This document shows positions 53,331 through 64,000 of a stretch of 64,000 nt of DNA, one piece after another. The DNA lies in NCBI GenBank assembly GCA_951406725.2, contig OX597817.1:34906001-34970000 (forward strand). Reading direction: 5' to 3'. Origin of the DNA: Octopus vulgaris (taxonomy: Eukaryota). The notes under the pieces are model-generated. The model was not told the DNA's origin. It searched no databases and saw only the letters and a program-made list of their open reading frames with translations. Position 1 is the first letter of the stretch. Each line of letters opens with the position of its first letter. The position numbers and the translations under genes were made by a program.

Positions 53331-53394
53331 CACTACGATCGTTTCATGGCTGCTAATTTCTTTAAATTTTCGAGTTACAGTCATTCATCAGGTG
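53331..53394 (-). ncRNA. Minimal type I hammerhead ribozyme (PLE-type)
   Basis: CAC-CTGATGA-ATGACTG...CAGCCAT-GAAAC-GATC-GTA-GTG; palindromic GATC loop III, GUA cleavage triplet, short stem I. Confidence 0.65.
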
Positions 53395-53759
53395 GTTTAA
53401 ATATTTAACTTGGCGATTAAACCTCGGGTAAGTTATTGGATATAGTCTACATTTTCTGTGTGCAAGACTCCTTTCCCCTTCCTCTACTGGGGTTATGATG
53501 GAAATCTACCAAATTGTGCCACTTCAAGTGAAATTTGTGAGCTTGACAAACTCTCTTGAGGAAAACGCACCTCATATACATACTGAAACGTAGTTTGCAA
53601 ATGAGCAGAAAAAGCATAGGGCTGTGTGGTTCCTATAGCTCTGCCTCACTAAAGAATGTTCAGCCTGTGTATTCCATTCTTTAACAAGAATAATATTGAC
53701 AGTGATTTTGAAATTTTGACCAACCTGAAACTTCAAAGTCACTATCAATACTATTCTTT

Positions 53760-53801
<42 letters not shown>

Positions 53802-53904
53802 GTCATCGTCGTCGTCGTCGTCGTCATCATCATCATCATCATTGTCCTCACCACCACCACCTCCATCATCATCATCATCATCACCATCCTCCTCCTCCTC
53901 CTCC

Positions 53905-56900
53905 TCATTGCTTAACATCCATTTTCCATGCTGGCATAGGTTGGATGGTTTGACATGAAGTTGGTCAGCTGAGGAGCTGTCCAGATTCTAATTGTCTCTT
54001 GTGGCATGGTTTCTATGACTAGATGCCCTTCCTAATGCAAACCACTTTATTAAAGTGTGTGATGGGTGCCTGTGGGTGCTTTTTATGTGTCACTGACATG
54101 GTGACACAAGTGCATTCTATGTGGCACCAGCACCTGCAAAAGTCACGCCTGTATGTATGGATGATAACAATCTTACTTAGCTTGACACATCTTCTCAAGT
54201 ACAGCAAATCTCCACGACACATTGTCGTTTCCTCAATGAGGCTCTGCATCCGAAGACCCTTTCTTACCACTTCATCTCACATCTTTTTGGGTTCCCTCCA
54301 CAGTTAGAGCTTGTCACTTCATTATGCAGCTGTACTCATCCGTACACATCACATGGCCAAATCAGTACAGTTTACTTTCTTGCACACAACATCTGATGCC
54401 TCTTATACTCAGTTTTCCTCTTAAATCATTTATGCTCTGTTGTGTGTGCACACAGATGTTACCCATCCAGCAGATTATGCCAGCTTCATTTCTCTTAACC
54501 ATTCACAAGTCCTCTGTAATCAAAGCCCATGTTTCACTGCCATGTAGCATAGCTTTTCACTCTGAAGGAGAAGCCCTTAGTTACCGACAAAGGTAGAAGC
54601 TATCTGGACTTTGCCCAGCCCATTCTTACTCTAACAATTAAACTTTCTCCTCCACTGCTAACTTGATCTCCTAGGTAACAGAAGCTATCTACTACTTCTA
54701 ATGATTCCCCCTGAGCATTTGGGGGAGTCTATTATCTGCACATTTTTGGTGCTTATTGTGCCTGCACATTTGCCACACACAAAGACTATTTTCTCTGTTA
54801 ACCTTCCTGTGATACTGCTATTCCTCTTATGTGTCCAAAGCTTGCACTGGGTACAATGTATGGAGTTTCTATCAGCACACTTCTTATGTATTGAGCAGAG
54901 CCATATCCCTGAAGGGACTTGTGATTTGTCTGTTTTCCTACTTATTACAACTTTGGTGTTTGCTAAATTAACTCTAAGGTCTTTAGATTCCAGCCCTTGC
55001 TTCCACGCCTGAAATTTCTTCTCTCGGTCAGGTAGTGACTCAGTTATAAGAAAAAGGCCATCAGTGTAGAGGAGCTCCAAGGAGCAGCTGGTCTTGAATT
55101 CCTCTGTTAAGGCCTGGAGGACTAACATAAACAAGAGGTGGGTGAGAACTGAACTTTGGTGAACTCCTATCTGTACACTGAATTCATTTGTATACTCATT
55201 GCCAACCTTCACCTTACTGGCAACATCCCTGTACATGGCTTGTACAACTCTAACTATTCACTCATCTATCCCTAGCATCCACATTGACCACCAGATAAGG
55301 GAATGAGGGACTCTGTCAAAGGCTTTCTCCATGTCAACAAAAGCCAAGTAGAGAGGTTATTTTTGGCTAAATACTTCTCCTACAGTTGCCTAACCGGGAA
55401 TACAGCATCAATCATGCTCTTACTTAGCACAAATCCAAACTGCATCTCATCTATGCTCTCTTCCAGCAATCTGATGCCTCTGTAATTATTTTTGTCTAAG
55501 GCATCACCTTTGCCTTTATAACAGCTGATTATAATGCTGCCACAGCAATTATTGGGTATGGCTCCTTCGTGGATAGTCTGATTAACTATATGGGTGATTA
55601 AGCTATATCCTAATCTACCAGATATTCTAAGCATCTCATGGTGATTCCTGATGGGCCAGGGACTTTCCCTGTCTTCATATCCTTAATTGCTTTATCTAGC
55701 AAGCTACTATCGATTTGGATAGCTGGTCCCTCAATTGGATCTACATTTGGCAGGCTCTCTTTCTCCCATGCATTCTCAACATTTAGCAGCCTTTCATAAT
55801 GGTATTTCCAAGTCTCTTTCTTTGCAGAATCACTAAATACATTTCTCTCCTATGAAATCATGATTTTCTCTCACACAGTGTCTTGCAAGCTGAAACACTT
55901 CAAGTCTGGTCCTATCACTGCAGAACATTGGCAAACTTCTTTTTCTGTTTCTACATGGGCTAAATATGCCTGTCCCCTAGCCTACCTTCTGGCTGTCTGA
56001 TACAGTTCCCTGCTACCACCACACTTCTAGTTCTCTCAGGCCTGTTTTTTTTCTCTAATAGCCTTCAACTACACTATTCTATCACCATGTCACCTAAGGT
56101 CAAGAAGGGACTTTGTACTAGCCACAAATTTGATTACTGGCCCTCAACAGGTTGTTCTGTAGAAACTTCCAGTTGTCCTCCATGTTATATGCCACTATAT
56201 CCCCCATTTTTTCCTCAAATGCTTCAGTTAACACGTCTCTAAATCTCTTGCCATTCAGAGGATCCTTAAGCTTCCAAACCTTTCTTTTTCACACTGGTTG
56301 TCTTTCTGGTAGCTTTTTAGCCTTGCTTCTGAAATCTCTAATGACTAACCTATTTTTAGGGGTGCATTCTTCACCTGGGAAATTTTTGGCATTTATTAGC
56401 AATCATCTTCCCTGTTTTCTGGCAAGAATGTAATAAATATGGCTAGTGTGCCTACCAGATTGATGGGTGAACAGGTGACTGGCAGGTTTCCTGAAGTTGG
56501 TTTATTTTACTTGTTTTAGTCATTTGACTGCGGCCATGCTGGAGCACCGCCTTTAGTCGAATCAAATCGACCCTAAGACTTATTCTTTGTAAGCCTAGTA
56601 CTTATTCTATCGGTTTCTTTTGCCGAACCACTAAGTTACAGGGACATAAACACACCAGCATCGGTTGTCAAGTAATGTTGGGGGGACAAACACAGATACA
56701 CAACATATACACACACACATATATATATATACATATATACGACGGGCTTCTTTCAGTTTCCGTCTACCAAATCCACTCACAAGGCTTTGGTCAGCCCGAG
56801 GCTATAGTAGAAGACACTTGCCCAAGGTGTCACGCAGTGGGACTGAATCCGGAACCATGTGGTTGGTAAGCAAGCTACTTACCACACAGCCGCTCCTGTG

Positions 56901-57050
56901 CCTATTGCAGATTAAAAAGTCATTTGCATCACAGAACTCCAGCTGCCTCCTCATAACAGGATCAAATCTGTTGCCATCATGCATGACATGGAAACCACCC
57001 ACATGTTGCATAACATGCCCAATCTTGTCAATGAATAATAAATTTGTCCT
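53905..57050 (-). mobile_element. Degenerate RTE LINE (APE endonuclease to 3' end) interrupted by SINE A at 56507-56903
   Basis: LEFCDANDFLICN|TNFRKP..HLFT rejoins across the SINE; YKGKGDAL..NNYRGIRLL; QFGFV; LELLYTD. Confidence 0.85.
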
Positions 57051-57416
57051 TTACCAAATGTATTCAGTAATCCTTCAATTCAGTGTAAAATTGTTTTTAT
57101 GTTATACTAAAAACAAACACTAATATTAAATATATATATATATATAATTTTCAACTGCCTATTACCTCAATACACTTGACTAATATAAGCAGAATGAGAT
57201 GCTTTTGTCTATGGGCTGAAACAGCTGTAAGTTATTTTAATAATTTATATTCATGTTTTTTAATAATTACTTGTATCCTTATTTTATATGCATAGGAATA
57301 ATATGCTATATGTATGTATGTTATTATAATTATCAGTTTAATAAATAAATAAGTTAACATTTTTAATGTCCTAAAGTTGATGAACCAACTATTGTGCTCC
57401 TCCATTTTCTTATTTG

Positions 57417-57513
<97 letters not shown>

Positions 57514-57990
57514 TTAATGTCCGTTTTCCATGCTGACATGGGTTGGACAGTTTGATCAAAGCTGGTTAGGCCAGGGGCTGTATCAAGCTCAGTTGTCCGT
57601 TCTGGCATAGTTTCTACAGTTGGATGCCCTTTCTAGCACTAACCATTACACGGAGTGTGCTAGGTGTATTTTATGTGGCACCACCACCAGTATCAATTCT
57701 GCTGTGGTGGATGGGTGTTCTTGAGTACAGCAATGCACCACATATTTTGGTCCTAAGTCATCTCCTTCGTAAGGTTCAGTGTTTTTAGATTAGCCTTCAA
57801 TGCTTCATCCCATGTCTTCCTGGGTTTCCCTCTTCCACAAGTTCCATTCACTTTAAGTGATTGCCATTACTGTATGCAACTGATATATGTATGTGTGTAT
57901 GTATGTATGAATGTATATATGTATGTGTGTGTGTGTCTGTGTTTCTGTGTGTGCATGTGTGTATGTGTGTGTATGTATGTGTGTGTGTGT

Positions 57991-58039
<49 letters not shown>

Positions 58040-58055
58040 CATGTATGTATGTATG

Positions 58056-58450
58056 TTGGGTTGGCAAAAAGTCAATTTGTTTTTTCAAGTTTTAAACTCA
58101 AAGCAATTTACTTAATCAATGAAGGAAGTCTTGAAGACCACTTCTGGCACACACATTCCATAACAGCATTCTATCTGTACACAGCACATATCTTCCTGCA
58201 GATTTCTGCCACTTTCTTGTCTTATTGAAAATAAAAAGCATGAGGTGTTGATAATATTTGTTTTGGCTCTTCATTTTCAGGCTGATCCCACGCACACAAA
58301 ATACAACCTGTCATATCACAAGTTTGCATCAAAGAATGTTGAAGTGTCAAGTATCTAACAAGTATACAAGTGCAAAGGACAGACTGAAGTCAGCAACTTG
58401 ACTGCTTGAATTTTAGTGTTGACAAAAACCAATCACACTTTTTAGCCATT
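58056..58450. mobile_element. Possible decayed mariner
   Basis: TTGGGTTGGCAAAAAGT TIR-like start only. Confidence 0.3.
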
Positions 58451-59201
58451 CTACAATATGTGTTTGTGTGTGTGACCCTCACCTATTTCTTTACTTCCCA
58501 CAAGGGGCTAAACACAGAGGGGACAAACAAGGACAGACAAATGGATTAAGTCGATTACATCGACCCCAGTGTGTAATTGGTGCTTAATTTATCGACCCCA
58601 AAAGGATGAAAGGCAAAGTCGACCATGGTGGAATTTGAACTCAGAATGCAGCAGTCCTCACCTGACATCTAGCTCTTGCCTGTGGCTCCTCAAAGATGTC
58701 TGCATGCAACAGCAGCCAGATTCTGGACAATGCTTCAACAGACTGGTTAAACCATAATGAAGGTAGCTGGCACGTCTCAAACATTCGGTGAGCTAGAGCT
58801 TGTCTCCCTATGCATGTGAAGACTGCTCCTGACAAACTGTGTGGAAGAAACTACCAGATTGATTCAACTGACAGAAGGGTGGACCAGTAGGCATTGTGGA
58901 GTGCCAACAGGACACAGTGTGAGATGAACGATGTTGCAGCCATCCACAGCATCTTGACCTATCTCTAGTTGTTTTGACTTAGTCCTGCTACTAGAATCAG
59001 ACAGGAAAGGACAAGAGAATGAGGCAGATGACATTACACAACCCTCCCTCACTCACTTTAATCCATGTCATGCACAAGTCAAGACATCGCACCATCCCAG
59101 ATGGAAAGCAGAAGAAGCCCATCATACACACACACATATATGTGTATGTATATCACCACCACCACCACCACCACCACCACCACCACCACCACCATCATCA
59201 T

Positions 59202-59242
<41 letters not shown>

Positions 59243-59489
59243 ACACCAACAGCCAACATCCATTTTCCATTCTGGCACGGGTTCGATGGCTTGACAGGAA
59301 CTGGCAAGGCTAGGGGCCACACCAGATTCCATCTGTTTTAGTTTGGTTTCTACAGCTTAATGCCCTTTCTAACACCAACCACTCTACAGAGCATACTGGG
59401 TGCTTTTTACATGGTGCTGGCACCAGTAATTTTTGTATGTAGGACAAGCATCCACACTAATGCTTTTTACATAACACTTTAGATTTAAA

Positions 59490-59524
<35 letters not shown>

Positions 59525-59772
59525 CATGTGTATGTATGTGTGTGTTTGTGTCTAATTGTCTTGACATCATTGGATTGTTATGGTTGAATGTTATTCACTT
59601 CCAATATTCCATGAAAACATGCCTGACCAAGAATTACCACCTTGCTTGGAAAGGACAGCCAGCTGTAGAAAACCTGCTTCATGAATTCTGTCTGATCTAT
59701 ATAAGGTTAGAAAAATGGACATTGAAACAATGATGATAATGATATATGTGTGTGTGTTCATATATATGTGTG

Positions 59773-59813
<41 letters not shown>

Positions 59814-59852
59814 TTATGTATATATGCCTATGTGTATATATATATATGTAGA

Positions 59853-59920
59853 CTCATATTGTCGTTGAATGCTTGAAATGAGGAGTAGATAGACAGCCGA
59901 CAACTGATGAAGGATCATTC
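59853..59920 (+). ncRNA. Non-circularly permuted hammerhead-like ribozyme, copy 1
   Basis: CTCA-TA|TTGTCG..GAATGCTT-GAAA-TGAG...CGACAA-CTGATGA-AGGATCATTC; all three stems and core nucleotides present. Confidence 0.6.
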
Positions 59921-60605
59921 TCTGTGTTTACTTGCCCTGTTTTCCTTTTTTTGTCTCATTGCTTGCACATTTAACTCGTTTGTTTTCGTATTTCATGTTG
60001 TTTACACAGTTGGTGACGACCTACACCCATACACACACACACACACATATACTTGGAATTTACAAAAAAGAAAAACAAAGGACGAAGACAGGTGTCTGAA
60101 CAACAAACAGGTGTATTAGTTTAATGCTCGGGAAGGTGAAAAATCTTTTATGTTTCAAGCCTATGCTCTTCAACAGAAAGGAACACAAGAAAATAAACAG
60201 AGAGATTAAAAGAAACGTTAGTGGCTAGCGGACATGACTCTATTCTGTTTTCTTCCTTCTCTAATTCCCTTTTTTACCCCTCCCTCTTTCACCATTTTCT
60301 ATCTGACTGTCTCCCTCTCTTTCTCTTTTTCTCTCTCTCATTGCTCACACGTGACCATTGTCCATCTTTCTTTTCCTCACGTGACCATGTTTTTTTTCCT
60401 ACGCAGACATTCAAAGGACTGGACATTTTCTTTCTCCCTCTTCTATCTTTTTTCTTTTGAAAGAAAATATTTCTCCCAGCGTTCACTATTTTCCTCTCAT
60501 TTGGTTTCTTTGTATGTCTCCACTGTCCTGTTTTTGTACCCAACTTTGACCTTCCATAAATCCTAAATTTTATTTTAGAATTTATGGAGCAACTGTCTTT
60601 GAAGA

Positions 60606-60673
60606 CTCATATTGTCGTTGAATGCTCGAAATGAGGAGTAGATAGACAGCCGACAACTGATGAAGGGTCATTC
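60606..60673 (+). ncRNA. Non-circularly permuted hammerhead-like ribozyme, copy 2
   Basis: CTCA-TA|TTGTCG..GAATGCTC-GAAA-TGAG...CGACAA-CTGATGA-A-GGGTCATTC. Confidence 0.65.
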
Positions 60674-60744
60674 TCTGTGTTTACTTGTCCTGTTTTCCTT
60701 TTTTTCTCTTGTTGTTTGCTCATTTAACTCGCTTGTTTTCCTCT

Positions 60745-61272
60745 ACAATTAGAGATTGGCACCTCTTGATGCTACTGTCTTCATTCATATGCATCGCATG
60801 ACCATACCAGCATAGTGTTCTCTCTTGCACACTACATCTGATGCCTCATATATCCAGTTTTCCTCTCAAATCACTTACACTCTGTCCCATATGTATACTG
60901 ACATTACTCATCCAGTGGAGCATACTGGCTTCATTTCTTTCAAGCCTTTGCATATCCTCTGGTCACAGCCTGTGTCTCACTGTCATGTAACATAGCTGTT
61001 CATACACAGGCATCATACAATCTGCCTTTCACTCTGAGGGAGCGGCCCTTCGTTACTAGCAGAGGTAGAAGCTCTCTGAACTTCGCCCAGCCTATTCTTA
61101 TTCTAACAGCTATGCTTTCAGACCCCCCCCCCCAACTACTAACTTGGAAACTGTCTCCTGCTCTTGAAAACTGTCTACTACTTCTAAGGATCGCACACCA
61201 CTGACATTTGAGAGAGTCTATTTTTTGTACATTTCTGGTGTTTAATGTACCTGCACATCTACCACGTGTAAA
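60745..61272 (-). mobile_element. RTE LINE fragment
   Basis: Similar to 49950-50400 (RIRIGWAKFRELLPLL.TKG.SLRVKGRL). Confidence 0.8.
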
Positions 61273-61329
61273 GACATCATCATCATTTAACGTCTATTTT
61301 CATGAGGATGATGAGGATGTACATAAATG

Positions 61330-61800
<471 letters not shown>

Positions 61801-63277
61801 AATTAGTATATTGGTTGGTGATAGGAAGGGTATCGAGCTTTAAAAAACAAACCCAAATGACGCTACAAGCACCAGTCTATAAAAGTAGCATTTCCCAATA
61901 ACAACCAATAATCGGGACGACCTGAAAAGCGACGTAAATATGTGATGTTGATGGTGATTTGATACGCACACATACATAAATATATGTACACATACACATA
62001 TCTGTATCTATCTATGTATATAAATTTATATACATATATCCACACACACACACACACAGACATAAATTATATTTATAAATTAATAAATTATATATATTTT
62101 ACAGATATAATTAATATATATATATATATATATGTATGTATAAATTTTCACATGTATAGTATATATATATATATATATAATTTTGCATATGTCCAGTATA
62201 TATATATAAATATAAAATTATAAGCGAATATATAAGGCAGAGATATATAAAATTCTATGTAGAAATCTTTGTATATTTTATCGTTGTATGAATTTCAATT
62301 ACTAATAACAAAATAATTTACTAACAGAAAGACAATCATAAATTCCCGCCCTTCCATGATGTATGGCATTGCGAGGTCGGGTTAGCTACATACACATGTT
62401 TATATAAACACAATAGTGGTCGACTGTATAAAATGTCCCACTTCGTGCCACTTTTATTTTAGTATCAAACCTCATCCATTTGTCAAATTAGGATAAGGAA
62501 ATAACGTATTGAAAGAATTAATACAAATATGTTTTACTTATATTAATAACGAATATAAAAATTTTATTTAAATTAAAAAGAGACAAAGCATCTTTGTTTT
62601 TATTGAAATCGATAAATATAATTAAGATGCTTTTATAGCCTATCAATTGTACAATGCAATTAAGGTGTCTGATTCGTATTTCGTTTATTTCGTATACGAT
62701 TCCGGATTTTGATTTAATTTATCTCTGTTGTGTCCCTGCCACCATATTATACATGTAAGCTCGTCGCTTATTGGTTACTTCTGGTGTGTGTATACGCCAG
62801 ACTTGGTCGTCTAATTCCCGAATCACGCCGACATAGGTACCAGGAAGCCGGTTGTACCCTGACATTTGATTGTAGACATTACGCCAAAATAATATGAGAA
62901 TCATGCCAGCCTCAAATGTGGAGTTGTCGTTAAAGAAAGCAGAAAAAAAGCCAGGAAACGATTGATCCAATTGTAAAATGCGTTACTGGACCGCTTGTTG
63001 TTCTACAACATTGAGAATCGGCCTGGCTTCTTGTTGTTGTCACTGGCTCCGTACTCCTCCGCCTTCATACTCTGCATTTTCTCACAATAGTCACGGAATA
63101 GATATATTGTGGAGGCCATTGCATATTTAAAGGACAATTTAATTCGTTTTGCTGTCTTGCAGGTGAGTGAACACTCTCCAAACATTACTACTTGGCTTCA
63201 ATCTAAGCACAGGGGGGAAACAGCCCCGCTACCGTTGCCTTTACAGCCATGCCCGTCCGTTAACATATAGTTGGCTG

Positions 63278-63321
63278 GTCACGTGACTGCGATGGTGATG
63301 GGGGGGAGAGAAAATGGCGGC
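63278..63321 (+). promoter_or_regulatory. BPTF proximal promoter motifs: palindromic E-box and YY1-type site
   Basis: GTCACGTGAC at 63278-63287 and AAAATGGCGGC at 63311-63321, in a CpG-containing segment 130-170 nt upstream of the ATG. Confidence 0.55.
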
Positions 63322-63449
63322 TTTCCTAACTGTTCAACCTGGACCACTGTTAAAATGCTCATAATCCACATCTAAATACGCTTTGTATTATTAAGATCTA
63401 TTCTAAAAATATGCTTTATTCCATATAGATAACGTACTTGTCGTGAAAA

Positions 63450-64000
63450 ATGTCTACGAAATCGAGGCGTGCGAGAGGTCGTCCGCCAAAAACCCCATTG
63501 TCGGGTCGGACCAATTTTCTGAAAAGACCTAAAGCTTTCTATCATGGTACGTTTGGAGATAGCCACCACTTTGACGGTGGAATACAAAGTTCCACAGGAG
63601 CATATGCTGGTAGTAGCTCTCATTTAACACCTCATAGTCACCATCATCACACGGGTAGGGCTGGCTCTACGGCCAGCGGCATTAGTATGAGCAGTAGTAG
63701 GGGTGCCCGTCTAAGGGAGGCCGCTCAGAAAAGCCGTAGCTACATCTTACAAATGCTCGAAGACGACGATGATGAACATAAACATTCAGAGGTAGAACCT
63801 GACAAATCTAGTGACTTAACAGATATGGATAATGTCGATGAAGACCGTTGTTCGGATGATACCTATGAAGAGTCTGAATCTATACACAGCGAAGAGAGTT
63901 ATAGTACGGTGGGTTCTGTGAGCAAAAGAAGATACCATTCACGGCGGCCCAAAACTCCGGATTTAGACGAAACCCGTGAAATTCCTCCTTTGAACCTGCC
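63450..64000 (+). CDS. BPTF: BPTF / NURF301 nucleosome-remodelling factor subunit, first coding exon (truncated by window end)
   Basis: Open frame MSTKSRRARGRPPKTP (AT-hook, as in Drosophila NURF301 RGRPPKTP)...NFLKRPK..., an acidic tract, then RPKTPDLDETREIPPLNLP, matching the pre-DDT segment of BPTF (RPRSP..EEKDIPPLEFP). No stop before 64000. Confidence 0.88.
   Translation, partial: MSTKSRRARGRPPKTPLSGRTNFLKRPKAFYHGTFGDSHHFDGGIQSSTGAYAGSSSHLTPHSHHHHTGRAGSTASGISMSSSRGARLREAAQKSRSYILQMLEDDDDEHKHSEVEPDKSSDLTDMDNVDEDRCSDDTYEESESIHSEESYSTVGSVSKRRYHSRRPKTPDLDETREIPPLNL

Larger units (their letters stand above)
59851..60745. mobile_element. Cluster of PLE-like terminal repeats (direct repeats 59851-59990 / 60604-60740, with an inverted piece between)
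   Basis: About 135-bp direct repeat containing the permuted hammerhead; a decayed minimal hammerhead on the minus strand at 60144-60182. Confidence 0.55.

Noticed and set aside
63372-63623. Minus-strand 83-aa ORF
   Set aside because: Shadow of the BPTF coding frame on the plus strand.

Overview
AT-rich, microsatellite- and SINE-dense eukaryotic genomic DNA; the repeat families suggest an octopod cephalopod (inference). Two protein-coding genes are supported. AIMP2/p38 lies on the minus strand as four phase-consistent exons (39321-39169, 19103-18960, 17275-17032, 15573-15173; about 313 aa). The first coding exon of BPTF/NURF301 starts at 63450 on the plus strand and runs off the window; the ORF track misses it because it has no stop. 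The rest is mostly tRNA-derived SINEs, RTE LINE remnants, a cluster of R4/Dong LINE remnants sitting in (AAT)n tracts, Penelope-like element (PLE) ends, MITEs and mariner/Helitron scraps. Main findings: (1) two copies of a hammerhead ribozyme whose three strands appear in a non-circularly permuted (pseudoknotted) order (59853-59920, 60606-60673); (2) several minimal type I hammerheads, two of them inside fold-back palindromes; (3) a 185-codon candidate alternative first coding exon in AIMP2 intron 1 that could splice in frame and add a myristoylation + Cys + polybasic N-terminus. All structures were read by eye, and repeat boundaries are approximate.
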